The position numbers and the translations under genes are program-made. 64,000 nucleotides of DNA from Planctomycetota bacterium (GTDB lineage Bacteria > Planctomycetota > B15-G4): contig CBDFJQ010000002.1 in assembly GCA_965248575.1 (NCBI GenBank), positions 2,912,001 to 2,976,000 of the forward strand, read 5' to 3'. Under the pieces are notes generated by a model. It was given only the letters and a program-made list of their open reading frames with translations. It had not been told where the DNA came from and did no database searches. This document shows, in pieces, positions 41,041-49,969 of the stretch (within the stretch, counting starts at the first letter, position 1; each line of letters opens with the position of its first letter).

Positions 41041-43062
41041 TCAGCTTTCGAGCGCTGCTTGGGGCGGCTCACCGGCGAGAGGCTGCTCCAGCTCCGGCAC
41101 CTCATCGTCCACCTCGGCGAGGTCATCCTCGCGCACCCGACGTACCGACCGTTCGGTGAGGTAGGTGTTGTCGGACAACCCATGGTGCAGGTCACGGCGA
41201 ATGGCCGTTGCCTCCGTCTCGGTCAGTTCTGCGCTGGTCACCAGCCGTGAAAGCGCGGCGTCATAGCGGTCCTTCACCCAGGTGGGGTCGTAGCCGACAT
41301 AGTCGAGCACCTTGCCCACCGGCTCACCGCGCACGGTGTGGGCAAAGGTCGGCTGGCCGAGTTCGTCGAAGCCGACATGCACGGTGTCCGTGTCACCGAA
41401 CAGGTTGTGAAGATCGCCCAAGGTCTCCTGGTAGGCACCCACCAGGAAGATGCCGAGCATGTAGCGCTCGCCCTCGCGCAGCCGATGGACCTCCAAGACC
41501 TTCTTCACGTCCCGGACGTCCGCGAAGCGGTCGATGCGGCCGTCGCTGTCACAGGTCATGTCGCCCAGGACGGCATGCTCGGTGGGCTCCTCATCCAGCC
41601 GATGAATGGGCATGACCGGGAAGATCTGTCGGATGGCCCAATGGTCCGGCGCCGACTGGAAGACGCTGAAATTGCAGAAATAGATATCTGCGATCCGTCG
41701 GTGCAGGCCCTCCAGATCCTCCGGCACGAAGTCGATCGTCTTCGCGACCTGGGCTGCCCGATCGCATGTGGCGAAGAAGAGATTCTCACAAAGCGCCCGC
41801 GTGGGCAGGTCCACGAGACCGAGCTTGAAGCGCGACTGGAGTTCGTCCCGCAAGCTCAAGGCGTCGTGATAGACCTCGAGCACCGTCTTGGCAGAGAGCC
41901 GCTCGATGTTCTCGCGGAAGGACCCCACGATTTCCGCCTCACCCTCCGTCACCTCATCGACGATCCCGTCACGGGACAGGCGCGAGCAGCCGGTCACCTC
42001 GACGACCATCAAGGAGTGATGCGCCACCAGGGCCCGGCCCGTTTCCGTCACGATGTCTGGCATCGGCACGTCCGCATGGCGGCAGGCATCCTGGATCGTC
42101 CAGATCACGTCGTTCGCGTATTCCTGCTCGGTGTAGTTTCGCGACGACACGAAGTTCGTGCTGCTGCCGTCGTAATCCACGGCGAGGCCGCCGCCCACAT
42201 CGAAGATGTCCAGCGGGCAACCCATGGCGTGCAGCTCGACGAAGACACGGCTGGCTTCCTTGAGCGCTTCCTTCCAGGGCCGAATGGCCGTGATCTGGCT
42301 GCCGAGGTGGAAGTGCAGCAAGCGCATCCGGTCCATGAGCCCCAGTTCCTGCAGACGGGACACGCTCTCCACCAGCTGCGTGGAAGACAGGCCGAACTTC
42401 GCGCGGTCCCCAGCTGAAGACTCCCAGCGCCCGGAACCCTTGGCCGTGAGCCTGCTGCGCATGCCCAACCAGGGGCAGGCATCGCGCCCTTCACGCTCGA
42501 CCACGCGAGCTACCGTCTCGATCTCGGACGGCTTCTCGATGACTACGACCACCTCGTGGCCGAGACGGGTGGCCAGCACGGCGTTCTCGATGTACGACTC
42601 ATCCTTGTAGCCGTTGCAGACGATCAGGCTCGGCCGCTCCAGGAGCGCCACCACGGCGAGCATCTCCGGCTTGCTGCCCACCTCCAAGCCGAGGCCCGAC
42701 TCGCGGCCGGCTTCCAGCAAGCCCTCGACGACAGAGCGTTGCTGGTTGACCTTGATGGGGTACACGGGTCGATAGCGCCCGGTGTAGGCATGCTCCTCAG
42801 ACGCCCGACCGAACGCTTCATGCAAGCGCCCCAAGCGATGCCCCAGGATCCCATCGAACCGAATCAACAAGGGCAGCGACATGCCCTGCTTGCGCGCCAT
42901 CTCCACCACCCGCGTGAGCGCCACCGACGGACCACCCTCACCGCCAGGGGTCACGTGCAACAAACCGTCCGCCGCCGCACCGAAGTAGGGATCGCCCCAA
43001 CCGTGCAGGTTGTAGAGGTCCGCGCTCTTCTCGGGAGCCCACTTCTGGGGAGCTTCGTCCAT
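41041..43062 (-). CDS. speA: Biosynthetic arginine decarboxylase
   Basis: VYPIKVNQQ, GLEVGSKPE, CNGYKD, HFHLGSQI, GGGLAVDYDG, TCDSDG, GAYQE.LG..HNLFG. Alternative TTG start at 43110. Confidence 0.95.
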   Translation of the reverse strand: MDEAPQKWAPEKSADLYNLHGWGDPYFGAAADGLLHVTPGGEGGPSVALTRVVEMARKQGMSLPLLIRFDGILGHRLGRLHEAFGRASEEHAYTGRYRPVYPIKVNQQRSVVEGLLEAGRESGLGLEVGSKPEMLAVVALLERPSLIVCNGYKDESYIENAVLATRLGHEVVVVIEKPSEIETVARVVEREGRDACPWLGMRSRLTAKGSGRWESSAGDRAKFGLSSTQLVESVSRLQELGLMDRMRLLHFHLGSQITAIRPWKEALKEASRVFVELHAMGCPLDIFDVGGGLAVDYDGSSTNFVSSRNYTEQEYANDVIWTIQDACRHADVPMPDIVTETGRALVAHHSLMVVEVTGCSRLSRDGIVDEVTEGEAEIVGSFRENIERLSAKTVLEVYHDALSLRDELQSRFKLGLVDLPTRALCENLFFATCDRAAQVAKTIDFVPEDLEGLHRRIADIYFCNFSVFQSAPDHWAIRQIFPVMPIHRLDEEPTEHAVLGDMTCDSDGRIDRFADVRDVKKVLEVHRLREGERYMLGIFLVGAYQETLGDLHNLFGDTDTVHVGFDELGQPTFAHTVRGEPVGKVLDYVGYDPTWVKDRYDAALSRLVTSAELTETEATAIRRDLHHGLSDNTYLTERSVRRVREDDLAEVDDEVPELEQPLAGEPPQAALES

Positions 43063-43244
43063 GTCGCGCGGTCGCCACCTTTTCAGGAATGGAAAGTGCC
43101 GTTCGAACAACGGCGCGGCACTATATCACGTCCCCTGAGGGGCGTCCGCTGCGGCGCGGACCCTCGCATTCAACTCGCATTCCAGGATCGGGAACAGCTC
43201 TGGCACCCTTCGCTAAACCCTCTTCGCGGCCACGAGCAGGACTC

Positions 43245-44411
43245 GTGTTCTTGCTCCTCAGCGGCCTCTTGCTGTGGGCCGGGACACCCTGCTTTGCGGA
43301 CGAGGTCCCCGTTCGCTCCGGCCCCTGGAAACCCGGGGATCCACCCGAAGGGTGGGTGCTGCTCGAGACGGAGCACTACCAGGTCCAAAGCGAGGTGGGG
43401 CTCGACACGGCAAAGCGCCTCGCCACCCATCTCGAGAGCATGCTCGAACGCTACCGCAGCTTCCTCCCCTCCACGCGACGCCTGCCACCTTTCGTCTTGA
43501 AGGTGTTTCGCAATCGCGCGGCGTACGAGCGGTACGGAGGCACGAGCGTGGCGCACTACGACCCCATCCAGAAGGAACTCGTCTGCTACGACACGGGAGT
43601 TTCGTTCGGTATCGCCCACACTCCGCCAGCCATTCGCCTGGGCAATCCGGACTCCGTCTACCTCGACGCCACCCAACACAGCCGTCTCGAAGAACTGTTC
43701 CAGCAGATCACGCTGGCCCACACACCGGACCTCGCCGAAGTGCTCGCCCACGAGGCTTGGCACCAGTACTTCCATGAGTACACCGTCAGCTGGGTTGCCA
43801 TGCCCAGCTGGATTGACGAGGGCGTTGGCGATTGGCTCTCCACACCGCTCACGGCGGACGGAACCCCAGCGCTCCATCAAAGCCGACTGCGCGACGTCCA
43901 ACAGGCCCTGCGCGCCGGGCACACCGTGCCCTTCTCCACCCTGCTTCAGTTCGAACAGGAGCAGTACTACGCCAACCCCGAGGTGTTCTACGCCCAGGGC
44001 TGGTCGATGGTCGCCTACCTCATGGCACACGAGAGCCCCGCCCAGCGCGCTGTCGTCCCCGACTTGATCCGGCACTTCAAGCGCACCAAGAACATCGGCG
44101 AAGCAACGAAGCTGGCCTTCAAGCAGCTGGACGTCGAGCAGCTCCACCGGGAGTGGATGGCCTGGGTCCTGTCCCAGAGGGCGGAGCAGCCGCTGCGAGC
44201 CCTGGCCCGGGAGTTTGGCGGACTGATCGAGCCTGAGCAGCTGGAAGCCCCCGTGGACTGGAAGCAGCGCTACGAGCAGCACATCCGTGAGGACGGCGAG
44301 CAGCGCGAGGGTGCGCTGGGCACCGAGGGCCAAGCCCTGCCGCACAGCGGGGCAGGGCGGGCAGGGCGGGCAGGGGACGGCGGAAAGAATGGAGCGGGTG
44401 AACGGAATTGA
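43245..44411 (+). CDS. DUF1570-like exported zincin-type metallopeptidase
   Basis: Hydrophobic signal, ETEHY, HEAWHQ (HExxH), PSWIDEG, YAQGWSMV. Start uncertain; stop lies inside the tRNA. Confidence 0.75.
   Translation: MFLLLSGLLLWAGTPCFADEVPVRSGPWKPGDPPEGWVLLETEHYQVQSEVGLDTAKRLATHLESMLERYRSFLPSTRRLPPFVLKVFRNRAAYERYGGTSVAHYDPIQKELVCYDTGVSFGIAHTPPAIRLGNPDSVYLDATQHSRLEELFQQITLAHTPDLAEVLAHEAWHQYFHEYTVSWVAMPSWIDEGVGDWLSTPLTADGTPALHQSRLRDVQQALRAGHTVPFSTLLQFEQEQYYANPEVFYAQGWSMVAYLMAHESPAQRAVVPDLIRHFKRTKNIGEATKLAFKQLDVEQLHREWMAWVLSQRAEQPLRALAREFGGLIEPEQLEAPVDWKQRYEQHIREDGEQREGALGTEGQALPHSGAGRAGRAGDGGKNGAGERN
44349..44376 (+). repeat. GGGCAGGGC-type G-rich repeat (six G3+ tracts)
   Basis: GGGGCAGGGCGGGCAGGGCGGGCAGGGG. 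Confidence 0.8.
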
Positions 44412-44464
44412 ACCGTCGACAACAACGTTGGCAACGTTGTGCTCTACCACTGAGCTACACCCGC
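44390..44464 (-). tRNA. tRNA-Gly (GCC)
   Basis: Reverse complement GCGGGTGTAGCTCAGTGGTAGAGCACAACGTTGCCAACGTTGTTGTCGACGGTTCAATTCCGTTCACCCGCTCCA. Cloverleaf, anticodon arm CAACG-TTGCCAA-CGTTG, encoded CCA. Confidence 0.97.
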
Positions 44465-44607
44465 TCTCGTGGTATCAGGCGTAGATAAGTACGCCACAAT
44501 ACCCCTGTTGGTCAAGTCCTGATCCGATTCCCGCTGCAGCAGCGGGTGCTGCCCTGGGTCACGACGGGCCGACCGACAGAGGGACCCGTGCTGCTAGACT
44601 CCGCCCC

Positions 44608-45840
44608 ATGCTCGATTGGCTGGCCTGCCGACTCCTCGCCCCGCGGCTGCTGGACCTCACCCAGCTCCCCCCGCCCGAGCTCCCTGAGCCGGCGTCCAGC
44701 GACGACCTCCTGACGCGCGCCGTCCAGACCTTCGATGAGCTGGAGTCCTTGGATTTCCAGGCCCGGGGGCCCACCAACCCATATCGATTGCTCATGGCCA
44801 TGGGCTGCCGGGACCTCCTGACCCGCGAGGCGGACCAGCAGCCCGACACCGCGGGGAGGGCCCCCAACTACGCGCCCCACCCTGGCTTCCAGCCCGTGGA
44901 GCTGCCGCTAGAGGGCGGGCCCACTCTCACGGGGCACCGTTCGACGGGAGCGCCTGGGGCACCGGTCGTCCTGGTGATCCACGGCATCTTCGACAGCCAC
45001 GTCACGGGCTACGTCGTGGAGTACTCGGAGACCCTGCGCCGCATGGGCTTCCACGTCCTCTCCCTGGACCTCAGGGACCACGGCCGGCGTCTGGGGAGCG
45101 AGCAGCCGCCTTCGCTTGGCATCGAGGAGGGTCGCGACATCTTCAGGGCAGCGCGATTGCTCTCGCGCGCCGAAGGCGTCTCGGTGGGCCTGCTCGGCCT
45201 GTCTTACGGCGCCCACTGCGTGGTGCGCGCCGCGCACGAGGCCACCCTTGCCGGCGAGGCCGACATCCTGCGGGGTGGCGTGCTCGCCGTCAGCGGGCCG
45301 CTCGACATCGGGGAAGCACTGCAGGCCTTCGATGACCCCTCCCGCCTACCCCGCGGCGACAGCTTCATGGACCGCATCATCTTCAAGGAAGTGTTGAAGG
45401 TCATGTCACGGCACCTACGCCTGAGGAGTCGTGGCGCCCGCCTGCAACGCCCGCGGCTCTGGGAGTCCTACGTGCGCCGCGTGCTCTTGCCGGCGCAAGC
45501 CATGCACGCACGACATGCCCAGGCAGCCCAGGCGGACCAGGCGGCGACCGCTGAAGCCGATGCAACCGACGCGGAGGTGGCCACCTTCCTGTCGAGCGCG
45601 CGCTCGGCCCAACCCGAAGTCGTGGGCAGCCTGCAGGTGCCCACCGCCATCGTGCATCCCGTGGACGACCCCTTGGTGCCCGTGCACCACGCGCGCCGAG
45701 CGCGCGAGGCCGCAGGCGACAATCCCTACGTGCGCGTCTTCGAGCTGCCCTTCGGAGGGCACATCGGCTTGTCCGGAGTCGACGGCCCGGGCACCGGCCA
45801 ACTCCTGGCCAACTTCTTCGGGCGCCTCCGGGATGGCTAG
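44608..45840 (+). CDS. Alpha/beta hydrolase (YheT-like)
   Basis: VIHGIF, DLRDHG, GLSYG nucleophile, DDPLV, GGHIG. TAGACT 7 nt upstream of ATG. Confidence 0.85.
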   Translation: MLDWLACRLLAPRLLDLTQLPPPELPEPASSDDLLTRAVQTFDELESLDFQARGPTNPYRLLMAMGCRDLLTREADQQPDTAGRAPNYAPHPGFQPVELPLEGGPTLTGHRSTGAPGAPVVLVIHGIFDSHVTGYVVEYSETLRRMGFHVLSLDLRDHGRRLGSEQPPSLGIEEGRDIFRAARLLSRAEGVSVGLLGLSYGAHCVVRAAHEATLAGEADILRGGVLAVSGPLDIGEALQAFDDPSRLPRGDSFMDRIIFKEVLKVMSRHLRLRSRGARLQRPRLWESYVRRVLLPAQAMHARHAQAAQADQAATAEADATDAEVATFLSSARSAQPEVVGSLQVPTAIVHPVDDPLVPVHHARRAREAAGDNPYVRVFELPFGGHIGLSGVDGPGTGQLLANFFGRLRDG

Positions 45841-45862
45841 CGGTCTCGCCAGCCCGGGCAGG

Positions 45863-46723
45863 TCAGCGCGAAGCCTGGCCGCCTGCCGCCTCTGTCAGCG
45901 CCCCCTGCAGCTCTGCTGGCGCTGCCATGTAGTCCAGGAGGCGTTGGCCACGACCGACCGTCCTGGCTCCTTCAATGGCGGCACGCACGTAGTGCTTGGC
46001 CATCTCCACGGCGTCCTCCAGCGGATACTTGCGCGCCAGCAGCGCCGCGATGGCGGACGACAGGGCGCAGCCCGTCCCGTGCACAGACCTGCGACGGGGA
46101 ACACGAGGCGCGGAAAACAGGATGACCTCTTTCTTCGTACCTAGGATGTCGACCGACTCGGCCCCGGAAAGATGGCCGCCCTTGATGAGCACATTGCGGG
46201 CACCCAGCCGCAGCAACTCTCGAATGACCGGCTCCGTGTCACTGCGCACGTGAGCGACACTCGTGCCCGTCAGCTCGGCCGCTTCGTCGATGTTCGGCGT
46301 CACGAGCGTCGCCAGGGGCAAGAGCTGGCGCATGAACACGGGAACATCCGCCGATGGCAGGATGCGCTTGCCATCGCTCGAAGCCAGGACAGGATCGATG
46401 ACGATGGGGATCCGCTTGGCAGCCAGTGGGCCCAAGGCGCGAGCCACCGCGCGCACGACTTCCGCCGAAGGCAACATACCCACCTTGACGGCCGCCGGCC
46501 GGACATCGGCGAAGAGGGCACCCAACTGCGCCTTCACTTCTCTGCCGGAGAGAGCCTTGATCTGCTTCAAGCCGCTCGGGCCCTGCACCGTCCATGCTGT
46601 GGGAACGGCCGCACCAGAGAGTCCCATGCGCAGGAACACCTTCAGATCACCTTGCAAGCCAGCGCCACCACTCGGGTCGGAGCCGGCAATGGTCAGGGGA
46701 ACGAGCGGTCGAGAGCGGCTCAT
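45863..46723 (-). CDS. thiD: Hydroxymethylpyrimidine/phosphomethylpyrimidine kinase
   Basis: LTIAGSDPSGGAGLQGDLK, VKVGML, DPV, TPNIDEA, IKGGH, HGTGCALSSAIAA. Confidence 0.93.
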   Translation of the reverse strand: MSRSRPLVPLTIAGSDPSGGAGLQGDLKVFLRMGLSGAAVPTAWTVQGPSGLKQIKALSGREVKAQLGALFADVRPAAVKVGMLPSAEVVRAVARALGPLAAKRIPIVIDPVLASSDGKRILPSADVPVFMRQLLPLATLVTPNIDEAAELTGTSVAHVRSDTEPVIRELLRLGARNVLIKGGHLSGAESVDILGTKKEVILFSAPRVPRRRSVHGTGCALSSAIAALLARKYPLEDAVEMAKHYVRAAIEGARTVGRGQRLLDYMAAPAELQGALTEAAGGQASR

Positions 46724-47382
46724 GAGAACCCCAAGCGCAACAAGCTGTCGACGGCTGGCTTGAGCAGGGACGGCTCGGGCAGCGGGTCCACGTCCAGCAC
46801 CAAGTCCAGGCCTCGGGTGGTCCATTGGGCCATGGATCCAAAGTCCAGCTCACCGAGCCCCGGCGGCAAGCCAGCCTCCCCCAAAGACACATCGTCCAGG
46901 AGCACCCCGCCCAGGAAGCTGCTCAGCCGATCGACCCAGAGGGTGTCGGCCTGTTCCAGCAAGAACGCTCGGGAAGGCCGGTGCCAGTAGCCCAGGGACA
47001 GGTTCGTGAGGTCCTCCAGGAGCAGCCCCATGACCTCTGGCTCCGCCAGCGACCCGGAAGCGGGCGTCTGCACGGCGAGCGCCAGGCCAGACACCTGGCG
47101 GGCAAAGGCAAACATCGAGCGGCAGGCTGCATCCAGCTCCACCTCCTCTGGCAGGTCCAACACGAGGCGCTGGGCACCGGAAGCTTTTGCAGCTGCCACG
47201 GCCTCGCCACGATCGGCCCAGAGGCTCTGCACTCCCATGGCGGGCACCTCGTGCAATTCTGCAGCGGAGGCACCCTTGTGGGCCTCTATGAGCACTTTGT
47301 TCAAGCCGGTGCTGGCCAGGGCCTCAACGATGAACGGCCCATTCAGGCTGTTCTCAGCAAGACATCGGGTCCCGAGAATCAT
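46720..47382 (-). CDS. Degenerate AP-endonuclease-2 / sugar-phosphate-isomerase-like TIM barrel protein
   Basis: LGYWH, VLLDDV, LPPGLGELDF pattern. Stop overlaps the thiD start (ATGA). Confidence 0.55.
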   Translation of the reverse strand: MILGTRCLAENSLNGPFIVEALASTGLNKVLIEAHKGASAAELHEVPAMGVQSLWADRGEAVAAAKASGAQRLVLDLPEEVELDAACRSMFAFARQVSGLALAVQTPASGSLAEPEVMGLLLEDLTNLSLGYWHRPSRAFLLEQADTLWVDRLSSFLGGVLLDDVSLGEAGLPPGLGELDFGSMAQWTTRGLDLVLDVDPLPEPSLLKPAVDSLLRLGFS

Positions 47383-47467
47383 GCGAGGCTCACAATCGTC
47401 CAAACACCCTTCGAGGGGCCCCGGTATGGGTCCGCATCATCCCAGGCACGAGTGACGGAGAATACCG

Positions 47468-49366
47468 ATGAAGACCACCCTCGTCGCCCACCTAACCATG
47501 GTGGGCATCATGTTCGGCAACCCAGTGTTCGGGATCCCGGGGGCCACGGCCTCCGCCCAGGATGCAGCCCCCGAAGCCGTCAGCGCACCGGAGGCGGCAG
47601 CCCCCCGCGCCCGACTCCAACTGCCGCGACTCAAACTGCCCCATCCCGCTGCAGCACCTCGCCCCATCACGGCCCCCGTGCCGACCCAGCTCCCAGCCGG
47701 AGTGCGAGTCCAAGCCCTGCCCGGGATCCAGCATCGCGTGAGCGCGGCACCGGTGGTCCTCGCCACCGAGGATGACACCCCCAAGCTCGGCGTCATGATC
47801 GACATCACCGACGACGGCCTGCTCGTGGACGAGGTCACAGAGGACAGCCTGGCGGAAGCCGCCGGCGTCCAGGCCGGAGACCTGCTGCTGAAAATGGATG
47901 GCCGCCTGATCCTGGAGGTCGACGACCTGCGTGCCGCGCTGCGCGACACCGCCCCTGGCCAGGCCATTTCCCTCACGGTCATCCGCGAAGGCGAGGGCCT
48001 GGTGAAGCTCAAGGCCGCCATGCCCAAGCCGAAGACCAAGAAGTCCAAGCAGGCCCCCCATGCCGACGGCCCCGCGCACGGCGGCGGCTTCCTCGGCGTC
48101 CAGCTGGGTGAAGGCGACGAAGACGGCGTGTCGGTTGTGGGCGTCGTGGAACAGTCTGCTGCCTGGCATGCGGGCCTGGACGACGGCGACGTGCTGCTCA
48201 GCATTGGAGGAAAGTCGGTGACCAGCGGCGAAGACGTCGTGAACGCCGTGGCCTCCCAAGGCGTGGGCAGCTTCCTGAAGATCGTCTACGAGCGCGACGG
48301 GGACGAGCACAAGGCACGCGCCCGCCTCGGTGCGCGCTCACCCATGCCCGGTGCCCTCAGCGGCGCCGTGATCGACATGATGGCCCCAGGCACGTTCCAG
48401 GGCCTGCTCGACGTCAGCGAGAATGGCGGCGCGTGGAGCGTGCTCGCCCCCGGTGACGGTCAGCTGGCCATCCCGCACAACCAGTTCTTCGTGCGCAAGT
48501 CCGACGATGACGACGACGGCAACGTGTTCAGCTGGAGCACCGATGATGGCGACGGCGACGACGATCACTTCATGATCTTCAACGGCGAAGACGGAGGCGT
48601 CTGGACTTCGGACTCCCCCGGCGACCACGACGTCGACATCCACCAGCTGCTCCAGGAGCACGGTGGCAACGTCCACCTCAAGGGCCTCGAGGACCTCAAG
48701 GGCTTGAAGGGCCTCAAGGGCTTGAAGGGCCTCAAGGGCTTGAAGGACCTCAAGGGCTTGAAGAGTCTCAAGAGCCTTAAGGGACTGAAGAGCCTCAAGA
48801 ATCTCAAGCAGCTCAAGTCGGGTCACAGCAACGGCTTCACCTTCGATTCCAGCGACCTGCATGAGCTCGGAGACCACGAGAATTCCCTGCAGATCAACAT
48901 CGAGGATGGCGTGCTCACCATCGACCGGGATGGGGACGTGCAGGTCATCGAGCTGGATGAGCTGGACGAGTTGCAAAACCTCGATATCCATGGCCTGAAC
49001 ATCCAGGGCATCACCGACGATCTCCTCCATCAGATCGATGGCAAGGACGGCAAGGCGGTCTACAGCTTCAAGCTCCGGAGCAGCTCCGGCACCCACGACG
49101 GGCAAGCCAACCACCACGCTCCTCAGCCCCGTGTGCGGACGCTGAGCTTCTCACCCAACAGCCAGGCGGCCGTCGTGCTCAACGAAGGCTGCTGCTCGGA
49201 GGAAGAAGTCATCGCCTGCGAGCTCGCCTTGGCAGAGGACTGCGAAGCGATCCTCGTGGAGTGTGAAGCCGCTGCGGAAGCTTGCGAGGCGGTCATTGCC
49301 GAGTGCGAAGCCGCTGCGGCGGAGTGCGAGGTAGAAAGCACCCAGGAGACTGGCAGCGTGAACTGA
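47468..49366 (+). CDS. Secreted protein with two PDZ domains, acidic region, (LKx)16 repeat and Cys-rich helical tail
   Basis: GGAG RBS, signal peptide, KLGVMI...[14 protein letters not shown] and FLGVQL...[17 protein letters not shown] motifs. Confidence 0.85.
   Translation: MKTTLVAHLTMVGIMFGNPVFGIPGATASAQDAAPEAVSAPEAAAPRARLQLPRLKLPHPAAAPRPITAPVPTQLPAGVRVQALPGIQHRVSAAPVVLATEDDTPKLGVMIDITDDGLLVDEVTEDSLAEAAGVQAGDLLLKMDGRLILEVDDLRAALRDTAPGQAISLTVIREGEGLVKLKAAMPKPKTKKSKQAPHADGPAHGGGFLGVQLGEGDEDGVSVVGVVEQSAAWHAGLDDGDVLLSIGGKSVTSGEDVVNAVASQGVGSFLKIVYERDGDEHKARARLGARSPMPGALSGAVIDMMAPGTFQGLLDVSENGGAWSVLAPGDGQLAIPHNQFFVRKSDDDDDGNVFSWSTDDGDGDDDHFMIFNGEDGGVWTSDSPGDHDVDIHQLLQEHGGNVHLKGLEDLKGLKGLKGLKGLKGLKDLKGLKSLKSLKGLKSLKNLKQLKSGHSNGFTFDSSDLHELGDHENSLQINIEDGVLTIDRDGDVQVIELDELDELQNLDIHGLNIQGITDDLLHQIDGKDGKAVYSFKLRSSSGTHDGQANHHAPQPRVRTLSFSPNSQAAVVLNEGCCSEEEVIACELALAEDCEAILVECEAAAEACEAVIAECEAAAAECEVESTQETGSVN
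48677..48820 (+). repeat. 9-bp coding tandem repeat, 16 units (Leu-Lys-x)
   Basis: CTCAAGGGC/TTGAAGGGC variants encode [48 protein letters not shown]. Confidence 0.95.
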
Positions 49367-49373
49367 GCCAGCA

Positions 49374-49940
49374 CTAGCTCCCGCACGACCCATCAGGCGG
49401 CGCGTCGGTCATCCGGCGCGTCGCCTGTGTCGTTTGGGTCCAACGCAGAAGTGCCGACGCCAGGTGCTCCCGCTCGATACGGCCCAGTTGGTACGCCAAC
49501 TGCCGCGTGAGCAACCTCACCCGGTCTGCTCGCTCAAGCCTGTGAAAGGACACCGCCTCCAAAGCAGCGCAGATCGGCGGCACGCTGCGTAGCAAGGGGG
49601 CCGCCCCGGCCGGGGCACCGCTCCTGGCACCGCTCCTGGTACCGCTCCTGGTACCGCTCCTGGTACCGCTCCTGGTACCGCTCCTGGTACCGCTCCTGGT
49701 ACCGCTCCTGGTACCGGCAGAAGCATCGGCCGCTGACGACTGAGGCACGACCGGAACGATGCGCCGCGCCGCCAAGCCGCAGAGAATGCTGAAGGGATCC
49801 CGCAACACTCCCTGGCCCTCGAGGTGACGTGCCATGGGCTCCGCCCGGCGCGCCACCACAGCGCGCAGTTCGTTCATGGCCCGCATGGCCCAATCGGTGT
49901 TGCGATCGTTGGCCCGTGTGTTCGTCCGTCGGTTTGTCAT
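49374..49940 (-). CDS. Hypothetical protein with SGTR tandem-repeat insertion
   Basis: Fills the gap downstream of purB on the same strand. The repeat keeps the frame. No recognisable motif. Confidence 0.5.
   Translation of the reverse strand: MTNRRTNTRANDRNTDWAMRAMNELRAVVARRAEPMARHLEGQGVLRDPFSILCGLAARRIVPVVPQSSAADASAGTRSGTRSGTRSGTRSGTRSGTRSGTRSGARSGAPAGAAPLLRSVPPICAALEAVSFHRLERADRVRLLTRQLAYQLGRIEREHLASALLRWTQTTQATRRMTDAPPDGSCGS
49614..49716. repeat. 12-bp tandem repeat GG(T/C)ACCGCTCCT, 8 full copies plus a partial
   Basis: Two GGCACCGCTCCT copies, then six GGTACCGCTCCT copies, then GGTACCG. Confidence 0.97.
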
Positions 49941-49969
49941 AGGCGCGAGATGCCACGCGCGCCCTTGAA

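Noticed and set aside
44390..44464. tRNA-anchored genomic island or prophage
   Set aside because: No integrase and no duplicated tRNA 3' end seen in the window. Flanking genes look native.
49614..49716. CRISPR array
   Set aside because: Contiguous 12-bp units with no spacers, and no cas genes in the window.
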